Shown here one piece after another: positions 9,928 to 19,011 of a DNA stretch of 64,000 nt. The notes beneath the pieces are model-generated. The model did not search any database. It was not told the DNA's origin and saw only the letters and a program-made list of their open reading frames with translations. The position numbers and the translations under genes are program-made. The stretch is taken from the NCBI GenBank assembly GCA_963706575.1, contig CAVPNL010000006.1:160001-224000 (forward strand), read 5' to 3'. This DNA is from an uncultured delta proteobacterium (GTDB taxonomy: Bacteria > Desulfobacterota > Desulfobacteria > Desulfobacterales > JAHEIW01). How positions within the stretch are numbered: the first letter of the stretch is position 1; every line of letters begins with the position of its first letter.

Positions 9928-10917
9928 CTACTTCGGTTCGGCCCTGCGGGCCGTCCTACCAATAATCCACGATAGCACTCGATTGTCATCGTGCGTGTCC
10001 ACCTGCTCTTTTAGATCGCTGAGCGCAATTTCTGCCCGGGCCATGTTTTTATGGCCTCCGGCATTCCCCAGTTTTCCGAATCCTTCCTTGGCCACTTTGC
10101 CGGCGTTTTTTCGAATACCATCGTTTCGGAAAATAATGGTCAGTTTTTTATCACAAATACCGGATACAATACTCCAGGTGACGGTATTGACCCGCATAAA
10201 AAAATCGGCAATCAGCACACAAACGTCCGGATTCACCACACTGCCCAGGTGGACGTAGACCTTACCCTTTCGCCGGCGCATGTTTTGCAGGGCTATTTTA
10301 AAATATTTTAAAAGGTCGAATCGAAGGTCAACCTTCTCGATCTTGCGCGCAAGATGGATATTGGCGTGTCCTAATAAATATTGAAATGCGCGGACATCTT
10401 CGATCTGGGTTTGCCCCTTAAAGTCATTGGTGTCGGTTTTAATGCCATGATACAGGCCGGTCGCCAGCTTTGCCGAAGGTTTGATTTTTGCGGCCTGCAG
10501 ATATTCGGTCAAAATGGTGCAGGTGGCGCCGTAATGGGGTCGGATGTCTAAAAACGGTGCTTGGGCACCCGAATCCGGATGGTGGTCAATAATAACGGCC
10601 GGCTTTAGCTGAGCCAAGTCTTCATTGTGATCCGGCTGGGAATCCACCATAACCACCCGGCTGAATTGATCCACTTTAATTTCTTTAAAAGGAACCAGGC
10701 TGACATCCAGCAGCCGGATCATGGCCAGGTTGTCGGGCCGATTGATGGTGTTGATGTGAGAAATGGTCACATTTAGCACCTTGCGCCACAGCAGGCGGCT
10801 GATAGCCATTGAACTGGCGATCGCATCCGGATCGGCATTGATCACAATCAGCACGTGATCGTTGCCCGAAAACTGATCGTAGAATCGGCGGAGTTTTTCA
10901 GGTATAGATCGGCTCAT
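9928..10917 (-). CDS. DHH-family phosphoesterase
   Basis: ADPDAIAS, MVD, IIDHH, GIKTDT, AGGH. Confidence 0.9.
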   Translation of the reverse strand: MSRSIPEKLRRFYDQFSGNDHVLIVINADPDAIASSMAISRLLWRKVLNVTISHINTINRPDNLAMIRLLDVSLVPFKEIKVDQFSRVVMVDSQPDHNEDLAQLKPAVIIDHHPDSGAQAPFLDIRPHYGATCTILTEYLQAAKIKPSAKLATGLYHGIKTDTNDFKGQTQIEDVRAFQYLLGHANIHLARKIEKVDLRFDLLKYFKIALQNMRRRKGKVYVHLGSVVNPDVCVLIADFFMRVNTVTWSIVSGICDKKLTIIFRNDGIRKNAGKVAKEGFGKLGNAGGHKNMARAEIALSDLKEQVDTHDDNRVLSWIIGRTARRAEPK

Positions 10918-11001
10918 AAGAAATTGATATCCAAGGGTAAATGCCGGGATATTACGATGTGTTAGCTGAGATTACAATAGGATTTTCAAATAAAGTACGA
11001 A

Positions 11002-11027
11002 AGCCCGGCTCCTAAAAAAGCCGGGCT
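11002..11027 (-). terminator. Intrinsic terminator of clpB
   Basis: AGCCCGGCT-loop-AGCCGGGCT hairpin 20 bp after the clpB stop, T-rich tail on the minus strand. Confidence 0.7.
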
Positions 11028-11047
11028 CGTTAAGGCTGTATTGCCAT

Positions 11048-13636
11048 CTATACGATTTTAAAAACGATTTTATCTCCCTCAGCTTCAGCATTTACGCGGT
11101 CACCATCAGAAATTTTGCCCTCGAGGATTTCCAGAGACAACGGATTTTCGATATATTGCTGGATGACCCGTTTTAACGGCCGTGCGCCATAGACTGGATC
11201 ATAACCTTTTTCGGCAATCAGCGCTTTTGAGCTATCTGATAATATAAGCTCGATATTTTTGTCGGCAAGACGCTGGCCCAGCCGGCCCATCTGGATGTCG
11301 ACGATTTTGACGATTTCATCCGCTGTCAGGTTCTGGAATATGATAATTTCATCGATACGATTTAAAAATTCCGGCTTGAAGCTGGCACGCAGAGCCTCGG
11401 TCACCCGGGTTTCCAGTTCCTCACGGTCAGACCCGGCCAGCGTCTGAATCCACTGACTGCCCACATTGGATGTCATAATCACAATCGTATTCTTAAAATC
11501 AACCGTACGGCCATGGCCGTCGGTCATGCGCCCGTCGTCCAGAATCTGCAGCATCACGTTAAAGACTTCCGGGTGCGCTTTTTCAATTTCGTCAAACAGC
11601 ACCACCGAATACGGTCGACGGCGGACCGCTTCCGTCAGGTAGCCGCCTTCTTCATATCCCACATACCCGGGAGGGGCACCGATCAGCCGGGCAACGGAAT
11701 GCTTTTCCATGTACTCCGACATATCGACTCGAACGATGGCCTGTTCGCTGTCAAAAATAAATTCCGCCAGCGCTTTGGCCAGCTCGGTTTTACCGACCCC
11801 GGTCGGCCCCATGAAGATAAATGACCCGATGGGCCGGTTGGGATCCTGCAGCCCCGAACGGGCGCGGCGAACGGCGTTGGACACGGCTGAGACCGCCTCT
11901 TCCTGGCCGATCACCCGCTTGTGTAGCCGGCTTTCCATTTGTACCAGCTTATCTTTTTCACCTTCAAGCATTTTACTCACCGGTATCCCGGTCCAACGGG
12001 AAACAACATCGGCCACATCCTCATCATCGACTTCTTCTTTGAGCATTTTGCTGGCCTGCTGAAGCTCAGAAAGTTTTTGGTTGGCTTCCTCCAGTTGTTT
12101 TTCAAGCTCCAGGGCGTTGCCGTATCGGATCTCCGCCACCCGGGCCAGATTGCCCTCTCTTTCCGCCAACTGGGCCTCGGTGCCCAAATGTTCCTGATCT
12201 TCTTTGATTTTGCGTATCGTCTGGATCAGATCTTTTTCATTTTGCCAGTGGCCTTTCATGCGCATCAGCTCATCATTCAGGTCGGCCAGCTCGGCTTCCA
12301 GTTTTTTCAGTCGTTCTTTGGAAGCCGGGTCCGTTTCCTTTTTCAAAGCCTGGCGCTCGATCTCGGACTGGGTGATTTTGCGTTGGATTTCATCAATTTC
12401 AGCCGGCATGCTGTCAATTTCAATTCTCAGTTTGGAGGCGCATTCATCAATTAAGTCAATGGCTTTGTCCGGCAAAAAGCGATCGGCAATGTAGCGATGA
12501 GAAAGGGTGGCCGCCGCCACAATGGCCGAATCTTTGATGCGAACGCCGTGATGGATTTCATATTTTTCTTTCAAGCCCCGCAAAATCGAGATGGTGTCTT
12601 CCACGCTGGGTTCTCCCACCCGTACGGGCTGAAACCGGCGTTCCAGGGCGGCATCTTTTTCAATATATTTGCGATATTCGTTGAGGGTCGTTGCCCCCAC
12701 GCATCGCAGGGTGCCTCGGGCCAGGGCAGGTTTGAGCATGTTGGATGCATCGACGGCACCCTCTGCAGCGCCGGCACCCACCACCGTATGAAGTTCATCG
12801 ATAAAAAGGATAATCTCACCTTCTGCGGTTTCGACCTCTTTTAGTACCGCTTTAAGCCGGTCTTCAAATTCACCCCGGTATTTGGCACCGGCAATCAGGG
12901 CCCCCATATCAAGGGCGACCAGCCGTCGGTTTTTCAAAGTTTCGGAAACATCACCTTCCACGATTCGCTGTGCCAGACCTTCAACAATGGCGGTTTTGCC
13001 GACACCCGGTTCTCCGATTAAAACCGGATTGTTCTTCGTGCGCCGGGAAAGTACCTGAACAATGCGGCGGATTTCTTCGTCCCGGCCGATGACCGGATCC
13101 AATTTGCCCAGCCGCGCCAGATCGGTCAGGTCGCGGCTGAATTTTTCCAGGGCCTGGTATTTGTCTTCCGGATTGGGATCGGTGATGCGCTGTTTTCCTC
13201 TTATTTCTTTTAAAACACTCAGTATGGAATCCCGTGTAACCCCTGCCTGAGACAAAATTTTTGCAGCTTCACTGCTTTTTTCGTCAGCGATCGCCAAAAA
13301 TATATGCTCGATGCTGACATATTCGTCCTTCATCTTGGTTGCTTGCGCAAATGCCGCTTCCAGGACGGCTTTACTCCTGGGCGAAATATAGACCTCTCCG
13401 GTTCCAGCACCGCTAACACCGGGAAGCCGGGCAACTGCCGCATTGACTTGCTGAGCGATTTCGCCTGGAGAGACCCCCAGTTTGCGCAGCATGGCACCGG
13501 CGATGCCGCTGGTTTCAGCGAGCATCGCAGCCAGCAGATGCTCAGGTTCAATCTGGTGGTTATGGTGCTGTGAGGCCAGTGCCTGGGCATTCTGTATAAG
13601 CTCTTGAGATTTTATGGTAAATTTATCAAAGCGCAT
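11048..13636 (-). CDS. clpB: ATP-dependent chaperone ClpB
   Basis: Two AAA+ modules ([16 protein letters not shown]), long middle coiled coil, [13 protein letters not shown]. Confidence 0.98.
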   Translation of the reverse strand: MRFDKFTIKSQELIQNAQALASQHHNHQIEPEHLLAAMLAETSGIAGAMLRKLGVSPGEIAQQVNAAVARLPGVSGAGTGEVYISPRSKAVLEAAFAQATKMKDEYVSIEHIFLAIADEKSSEAAKILSQAGVTRDSILSVLKEIRGKQRITDPNPEDKYQALEKFSRDLTDLARLGKLDPVIGRDEEIRRIVQVLSRRTKNNPVLIGEPGVGKTAIVEGLAQRIVEGDVSETLKNRRLVALDMGALIAGAKYRGEFEDRLKAVLKEVETAEGEIILFIDELHTVVGAGAAEGAVDASNMLKPALARGTLRCVGATTLNEYRKYIEKDAALERRFQPVRVGEPSVEDTISILRGLKEKYEIHHGVRIKDSAIVAAATLSHRYIADRFLPDKAIDLIDECASKLRIEIDSMPAEIDEIQRKITQSEIERQALKKETDPASKERLKKLEAELADLNDELMRMKGHWQNEKDLIQTIRKIKEDQEHLGTEAQLAEREGNLARVAEIRYGNALELEKQLEEANQKLSELQQASKMLKEEVDDEDVADVVSRWTGIPVSKMLEGEKDKLVQMESRLHKRVIGQEEAVSAVSNAVRRARSGLQDPNRPIGSFIFMGPTGVGKTELAKALAEFIFDSEQAIVRVDMSEYMEKHSVARLIGAPPGYVGYEEGGYLTEAVRRRPYSVVLFDEIEKAHPEVFNVMLQILDDGRMTDGHGRTVDFKNTIVIMTSNVGSQWIQTLAGSDREELETRVTEALRASFKPEFLNRIDEIIIFQNLTADEIVKIVDIQMGRLGQRLADKNIELILSDSSKALIAEKGYDPVYGARPLKRVIQQYIENPLSLEILEGKISDGDRVNAEAEGDKIVFKIV

Positions 13637-13716
13637 TTATTATTGGTCCTCCCTTAAACGCAGATTATATTATGATTCTAAAATAATCGCATTACTAATT
13701 ATGTCAATAGGAAAAT

Positions 13717-13844
13717 AGTAATGGAGCGAATAAAATTTCGGAATGCAGATTTCGGATTGCGGATTTAAAATGCGCGACACAATAGATATTTCAATCTGCA
13801 ATCCGCAATCTAAAATCCGCAATTGATTTTACTCCAATACTCCG
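13717..13844. repeat. Inverted array of 7-bp ATTTCGG/ATTGCGG units, nested inside an AGTAATGGAG/TACTCCAA-type element
   Basis: atttcggaatgcagatttcggattgcggattt ... aatctgcaatccgcaatctaaaatccgcaat, flanked by agtaatggag and tactccaatactcc. Confidence 0.75.
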
Positions 13845-13872
13845 ATTTTAAATATATCATAGATAAAAGTAT

Positions 13873-14391
13873 TTATTCAACTAACGGCCAGGCATGAAAA
13901 GGCGCAGCTGACCGCAGGCTTTCGTAAAGGGCAATAGCGGCAGCCGTGGAAAGATTTAATGAACGTATATTTTTGGTAATGGGAATATGGTAGGTGGCCT
14001 CCGGATACCTTTCTAGAATGCTTGCGGGGAGCCCGCGGGTCTCGGAGCCGAAGATCAGAAACAGCCGCGTCGGTGACGGCATGGACCAGAAAGACCGCTT
14101 TCCGCTTTTTGAAAAGATGGCCACCTCATGCTGGCGGGGCGCCAGGTTGGAATGCAGATCGTCAAAATTTTCCCAGACACCTAGTTTCACTTTTTTCCAG
14201 TAGTCTAAACCGGCCCGCTTTACTTCCTTGCTGTCCAGCGAAAACCCCAGCGGCCCGATAAGATGCAGATGGCTTCCGGTGGCCACACACGTGCGGCCGA
14301 TATTGCCGGTGTTCCAATGGATCTCCGGTGAGACGAGAACGACGTGCCTCTCAAGTCGTTGGTCCTCGGTTATTGTGAGATCATTATTCAT
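13873..14391 (-). CDS. trmL: tRNA (cytidine/uridine-34-2'-O)-methyltransferase, SPOUT family
   Basis: PEIxxNTGNIGRTC, KRAGLDYW, FGSETRGL, RSLNLS. Confidence 0.92.
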   Translation of the reverse strand: MNNDLTITEDQRLERHVVLVSPEIHWNTGNIGRTCVATGSHLHLIGPLGFSLDSKEVKRAGLDYWKKVKLGVWENFDDLHSNLAPRQHEVAIFSKSGKRSFWSMPSPTRLFLIFGSETRGLPASILERYPEATYHIPITKNIRSLNLSTAAAIALYESLRSAAPFHAWPLVE

Positions 14392-14429
14392 TAGGGTGGT
14401 GACTCTATCTATTCTAATTTCATCCTCAG

Positions 14430-14525
14430 GTTGACTGGTTAAATAGTTGATTGGTCAAATTGTCAACGGATCTAATCTTTTTAGCCTTATTTTACCATTT
14501 AACAAATCAACGAATTAACCAATCA
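14430..14525. repeat. Inverted array of 8-bp units (TTGAYTGG / CCAATCAA-like)
   Basis: ttgactggttaaatagttgattggtcaaattg ... taccatttaacaaatcaacgaattaaccaatca. Confidence 0.6.
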
Positions 14526-14840
14526 CATTCGTTTCCCGCAATACGGACAGAATTTAAAATCGCCGGCGACGCCTTGACCACAATTTTTGCACCGGCTGGC
14601 CTCTTCCGGTTGCTGCCGGTCGACATCCGGCCCAAGCCCGTGGCCGGCCTGCTCACAGTGGTCGCATATGATAAATGGCTTCCCTTTTTTGACTCTGAAT
14701 ATCGGAATAAAAAACAGGCTGAGGTAGTGGTCGGTGCGCTTGTAATACGCCTGATGCAAGCCGCAAACCGGACATCGGCGTGGATTTTGATCCAGAACTT
14801 TTATTTTGGGTGCAACACCGGCGATGAAGATCATTTTCAA
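14523..14840 (-). CDS. Zinc-ribbon domain protein
   Basis: CPVC, FFIPIF, CDHC, CKNC...FKFCPYCG. Confidence 0.85.
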   Translation of the reverse strand: MKMIFIAGVAPKIKVLDQNPRRCPVCGLHQAYYKRTDHYLSLFFIPIFRVKKGKPFIICDHCEQAGHGLGPDVDRQQPEEASRCKNCGQGVAGDFKFCPYCGKRM

Positions 14841-14904
14841 ATGTTCATAGGTTCAGAGTTCTAATTAATGGTCAGTTGTTTTTCACTGGCGCAGAGGGCT
14901 TTAT

Positions 14905-14985
14905 TATTAGTTAGATTTGTTTTATTTGTTTAATTGGTTCTATTGGTTGGTTATAGCCGAACGAATTGAACCAATTAAACAATTG
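14905..14985. repeat. Inverted array of 9-bp units (ATTGGTTYW / TTRAACCAA)
   Basis: tttgtttaattggttctattggttgg ... gaattgaaccaattaaacaatt. Confidence 0.55.
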
Positions 14986-15025
14986 GACGGGGCCATCCAT
15001 GATATTTGCCAATATGATTGGCCGT

Positions 15026-15589
15026 TTAGAAGCTTCTCGGTTTGCAAACTACCTCCCGGATGCGCATATCAAAAAAATTGTTCTGGTGCGCCGGCTTAAG
15101 CACCAGGGCGGCATCGGCACCGTGGCCGGAGCCGCCGATGGAAATAATATCATTGCCGGTCAGGGCGCCGGCGTCTGCCGCCATCACTGCGACTTCTACC
15201 GCAACTTTGGTGCCCTGGCCAAAGAGCCGTAAGGTGTCGGCCATAATTAAGACCGGATACACCCCGGAATGCTTTTTAGCTATCGAGCGTTCAACACCGG
15301 AGAGCGCATGGCTGGCGGCGACCACCGTTATCGCTTTGCTTTGCAGGTCGGCTTTGACATCGGCACTCATTGCGTTTTTGAATGGCGCCTTAAATCCGCT
15401 ATGGTAGGTTACAGCCGTTATGCGGCAGCCGTTGAAAATTTCGATGGCCTTGTAAGCCGTAAAGCCTGTCGTTGATGCCACCACCACCTCGTTTATTGAC
15501 AGTTCTTTTGCCCTTTGCGCGGCAAGTGTCAGGGTCTGGTCTGTGTTGTCTTTTCCGGGTCTGTCAAAATACATATCTGTCTCCTCCAT
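15026..15589 (-). CDS. Pyruvate kinase alpha/beta (PK_C)-like domain protein (MTH1675/DUF1867-type)
   Basis: YFDRPGKDNT, VVVASTTG, HALSGVERS, TLRLFGQGTKVAVE, GGSGHGAD, REVVCKP. Confidence 0.85.
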   Translation of the reverse strand: MEETDMYFDRPGKDNTDQTLTLAAQRAKELSINEVVVASTTGFTAYKAIEIFNGCRITAVTYHSGFKAPFKNAMSADVKADLQSKAITVVAASHALSGVERSIAKKHSGVYPVLIMADTLRLFGQGTKVAVEVAVMAADAGALTGNDIISIGGSGHGADAALVLKPAHQNNFFDMRIREVVCKPRSF

Positions 15590-15651
15590 TCCTTGTCGTT
15601 ACGGTGGTTTGATATTCATTGGACATCATATCGGAAATCACCATCCAGTCA

Positions 15652-15808
15652 ATAGAAGTGGTCTCAAAACCCCATCTAATGTCCGATAGCTGCGTTCCAA
15701 GCCTCTTTAAAATGCTCACATACTTGCATGTATGCTGAGAACAACGACTTTTTCATCGGCTTGTGCCTTGCTCTCGAACATGATCTGAGGCTTTGAGACC
15801 ACTTCTAT
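15652..15808. mobile_element. MITE-like/structured element, family A copy 1
   Basis: Perfect 17-bp TIR ATAGAAGTGGTCTCAAA/TTTGAGACCACTTCTAT; core ctgcgtt...aatgctcacatac..gtatgctg shared with 39568-39715 and 55588-55727. Confidence 0.8.
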
Positions 15809-16033
15809 AACTTATCTCAAAAATAGAAGGTTTAAATTTTGATGTCGAATTGATTGAAGTTGGCTAATATGCCGCTGAAAAATTGAGGGGTGCTGCTGTC
15901 AGGAACCTTCGGGGCGGGAAGGCGGACCGTTTGTAAATGAACTTTAGCGTATACTTAAAACTCTAGAATGTGTCTGGAAAGGCAGGATATCCATTCATTT
16001 TACTGCTAAATTCAGATATGAACAACCGGCAAG

Positions 16034-16396
16034 TTAGCCCTGATTTGATTCATTTTGAAAAGATTCAAGCAAATGCAGATCATCAAACAGGAGTTCTTTG
16101 GAAAGGCTGTTGTTTTTTCCGTAGATTTCCATAACGGTGTCGGCAATAATACCGACATAGGTGCTGATCGGATACAAATTATCCGTTCGCAATGCGCCAA
16201 CCAGGGCTTCCTTACCCTGTGATATCGCCTTTTTGATGGTCTTGTCCTCATAGGATTCAATACACAGCAGGGTAAAGTCGTCCTTGGCTAAAGCACTGAT
16301 CTCGTGTCTTTTTAAATTGCCGGAAATTACTGCATATTCCTCGATGGTCAATTCACTTGTCTTTTCGTCGCGGGAAATAAGATATCGTTGTTTCAT
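16034..16396 (-). CDS. Hypothetical protein
   Basis: 120-aa ORF with GGAG RBS, co-oriented downstream of the cold-shock gene, protein-like composition. Confidence 0.7.
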   Translation of the reverse strand: MKQRYLISRDEKTSELTIEEYAVISGNLKRHEISALAKDDFTLLCIESYEDKTIKKAISQGKEALVGALRTDNLYPISTYVGIIADTVMEIYGKNNSLSKELLFDDLHLLESFQNESNQG

Positions 16397-16415
16397 GTTT
16401 CTCCAATTAAGGTAA

Positions 16416-16447
16416 AAAAGGCAGGGCCCTGTCTGACCCTGCCTTTT
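16416..16447 (-). terminator. Intrinsic terminator after the cold-shock gene (potentially bidirectional)
   Basis: AAAAGGCAGGG-loop-CCCTGCCTTTT. Confidence 0.75.
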
Positions 16448-16474
16448 GGTTAATAAAGCGAAGGCAGCGAAAAA

Positions 16475-16675
16475 TCAAATTCGCTTGACTTTGATCGCCT
16501 GTTTGCCTCTCTGGGTCTCCTTTGTTTCAAATGAAACGCGGTCATCGCTTCGCAACGTAAAAAAACCGTGGTCTTCGATGCCGCTACTGTGTACAAAGAT
16601 ATCACCATCTTCATCGGATTCGATAAAACCGTATCCTTTTTTTTCGTTATACCATTTGATACGACCTTCAACCAT
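16475..16675 (-). CDS. Cold-shock domain protein
   Basis: GRIKWYNEKKGYGFI (RNP1), DIFVHSS (RNP2); AGGAGG RBS. Confidence 0.95.
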   Translation of the reverse strand: MVEGRIKWYNEKKGYGFIESDEDGDIFVHSSGIEDHGFFTLRSDDRVSFETKETQRGKQAIKVKRI

Positions 16676-16889
16676 AGATGAAATCCTCCTTAAAGTTAAT
16701 CATCTGTACGATTTCTTGGGAGGTCACCTCAAAAAGGGCCAGGAAGGCCTTTGGCAGAAATTTGTTAATTTGGAAATCTGCCTAAGCTCGGATCCAAAAA
16801 TTAATTCCCAGAAAGTGTACAAAATTTTCATTTCACACGCATGAAGCTCACTCTTCGTATCATCAAATAGCGTTCTCCACAAGCATTTT

Positions 16890-17052
16890 ATTCGCCTTCG
16901 CCGGAGCTCTGACAGCAAAGGCAAGGCGCACCGCGCCGTAGCGCGTTAGAGCGCCCGCCCTCCGTCCCGCCTCGGCGGAATTGCGGAGGATGGAAAGGCG
17001 GGTTCCGCCCTGGCCCCCCCGTATTACCCTGGCGGCACGAGGTGAGCTTCGT
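16890..17052. other. GC-rich multi-hairpin intergenic element
   Basis: CCCGCC-CTCCGTCC pairs with GGATGGA-AAGGCGGG around a CCGCCTCGGCGG hairpin; GCCTTCGC/GCAAAGGC stem; GC-rich island in AT-rich spacer. Confidence 0.45.
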
Positions 17053-17281
17053 TTTAAGGCCATAGGGTTGAAGCGTTTCTATAAAGAAGGCCGATTGAAA
17101 GCAAATTAAGAAATATATTGGCAGGTTTGATCTTTTTCAGTATGATGCCGCGGCTGACAGGGTAAGGATTAAAGAATCTTGCTATAATGTGTTGATTTGA
17201 TCGGTGAAATAATTATATAGTAATAGTCTGTATGTCTGCACTTGCGCGGCTGCTAGAACTTATTTATTAGAGGGGTTTGTA

Positions 17282-17617
17282 ATGGAGATCAGTCAAAAAG
17301 AGGAAAAAGGGATTGTTTTTCTGGCCTTTAAAGGCCGTTTGGATGGCAAATCTGCGTTTGAGGCCGAGCAAACCGTTAAAAACATCCTGAAAGATGAAAA
17401 TACCCGGCTCCTTTTCGATCTGGAGTTTCTTGAATATCTAAGCAGTGCTGGATTGAGGGTAATTTTGGGTGCGGCAAAAGAAATGAAACGCAGAGACGGC
17501 AAATTTGTTCTCTGTGCACTGAATGCTTACGTGAAGGAAGTGTTTGAGGTCAGCGGATTCGGCACCATTATTCCCATTGCGGAATCTGTTGAAGCTGGCA
17601 TAAAAGAAATAGCTTAG
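17282..17617 (+). CDS. STAS-domain anti-sigma factor antagonist
   Basis: KGRLD, LLFDLEFLEYLSSAGLRVIL (phosphorylatable Ser), EVFEVSGF. Confidence 0.93.
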   Translation: MEISQKEEKGIVFLAFKGRLDGKSAFEAEQTVKNILKDENTRLLFDLEFLEYLSSAGLRVILGAAKEMKRRDGKFVLCALNAYVKEVFEVSGFGTIIPIAESVEAGIKEIA

Positions 17618-17647
17618 GGTTTACTAAATTGATTTAAAGATTGACTG

Positions 17648-18796
17648 ATGTCAGACATTAATAACGAAAATGAAGCTTTGCTGCTGGTTGACGACAATCC
17701 AACAAATCTGCAGGTGCTCTATCAAACCCTTGAAACCACGGGCTGTAAACTGTTGGTGGCCAAAAACGGTGAAACCGCGTTGGCCATTGCGCAAAAGGCC
17801 TCCCCCGATCTGATCCTGCTGGATATCATGATGCCCGGAATCGATGGGTTTGAGGTCTGCCGCCGCTTAAAAGATAATCCGGATACCGCCAACATTCCGG
17901 TAATTTTTCTTTCAGCACTCACCGACACAAAAGACAAGGTCCAAGGGCTGCAGCTGGGAGCGGTTGACTATGTTTCCAAACCGTTTCAGCCGGACGAGGT
18001 CATCGCGCGGGTAAACACCCACCTGACCATCCATCGGCTCAAACGGGAAGTCGAACAAAAGAAAGATGCGCTCGAAGATGAGCTCGAGGCCGCCTCCGAT
18101 GTCCAACGCCGGCTGCTGCCCAAGAATCTGCCTGAAATTTCTGGCCTAAAACTCGCTGTTCATTATGAAACCAGTCTTTATGCCGGTGGTGATTATTACG
18201 ATATTGCCAAAATAGCGGATAATCAGTGGGGCTTTCTGGTGGCCGATGCCGAGGGCCACAGTGCACCGGCGGCTGTTATGATGGCCATGACCTGTGCGCT
18301 TTTCCGTTCATATCCGGAACCGCCCGCAGAACCCGGAGAGCTGTTATACTTTTTAAATAAACATCTTTGTAAAGTTGCCGACCCCAGCTTCGTTACCGCT
18401 TTATATGTTGTTTACGATGCCGAGCACCATCGTTTAAAAATTGCACGCGCCGGGCACCCTCCACCGATGATCTACCGATCTGCCGAGAAAAGAGCCAGCG
18501 AGTATACGTGCGGTGGTGTGTTTCCATTGGGAATTGATCCCTATGAGCAGGTGCCGGTGACCGAAGCCGAATTGCAGCCGGGCGACCGTGTTCTGATGTA
18601 TACCGATGGGATTACCGAGCGCTTTAGCATAGACGGAGAAACTTACGGAGAAGAGCGTCTACTGCGGCAGTTGGAGGGCGACGGGAATCTTCAGCCAGAT
18701 GAGCTGCTCGCTGCGATCATGAAAGATGTAGACGATTTTGCCAATGGGCGTCCGGCCGATGATGATCAGGCGCTTCTTTTAGGTGTTGTAAGATAG
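17648..18796 (+). CDS. Response regulator with SpoIIE/PP2C phosphatase output (RsbP/RsbY-like)
   Basis: REC (VDD, LLDIMMP, KPF) + AGGDYYD, VADAEGH, RAGHPPP, YTDGITE, DDQA. Confidence 0.93.
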   Translation: MSDINNENEALLLVDDNPTNLQVLYQTLETTGCKLLVAKNGETALAIAQKASPDLILLDIMMPGIDGFEVCRRLKDNPDTANIPVIFLSALTDTKDKVQGLQLGAVDYVSKPFQPDEVIARVNTHLTIHRLKREVEQKKDALEDELEAASDVQRRLLPKNLPEISGLKLAVHYETSLYAGGDYYDIAKIADNQWGFLVADAEGHSAPAAVMMAMTCALFRSYPEPPAEPGELLYFLNKHLCKVADPSFVTALYVVYDAEHHRLKIARAGHPPPMIYRSAEKRASEYTCGGVFPLGIDPYEQVPVTEAELQPGDRVLMYTDGITERFSIDGETYGEERLLRQLEGDGNLQPDELLAAIMKDVDDFANGRPADDDQALLLGVVR

Positions 18797-18854
18797 GTCT
18801 TTAGAAAGACTCCTGCCCAATTCTTGCTCTCTATTATGACCCAAATTATATCTT

Positions 18855-18936
18855 ACCACGAAGTTCACGAAGGACACGAAGCAGAAAATCAAGAAAATTT
18901 ATATTCATTTTGGTAAATCTTCGTGTTCTTCGTGGT
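18855..18936. repeat. Inverted CACGAAG-unit element between convergent genes
   Basis: accacgaagttcacgaaggacacgaag ... cttcgtgttcttcgtggt; relatives at 58688-58766 and ~4565-4590. Confidence 0.8.
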
Positions 18937-19011
18937 GAATGCACTCAATACTTTTTAACCGGCTTATTCGGTGGAATCAATCTTTATGGGTGCCTTTGGC
19001 AGGCAAGCCGA

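Noticed and set aside
13637..13715. CIRCE/CtsR heat-shock operator upstream of clpB
   Set aside because: No TTAGCACTC-N9-GAGTGCTAA or CtsR heptad repeat; only a TTGACA with a weak -10
15885..15932. Possible SRP RNA or riboswitch (gctgctgtcaggaaccttcggggcgggaagg)
   Set aside because: Lacks the SRP CAGG..GRAA..AGCAG arrangement and a convincing enclosing helix
16863..17063. 66-aa ORF (and similar ORFs 1831..2139, 7170..7559, 23786..24013)
   Set aside because: They coincide with palindromic repeat elements or real genes and lack RBS or domain support
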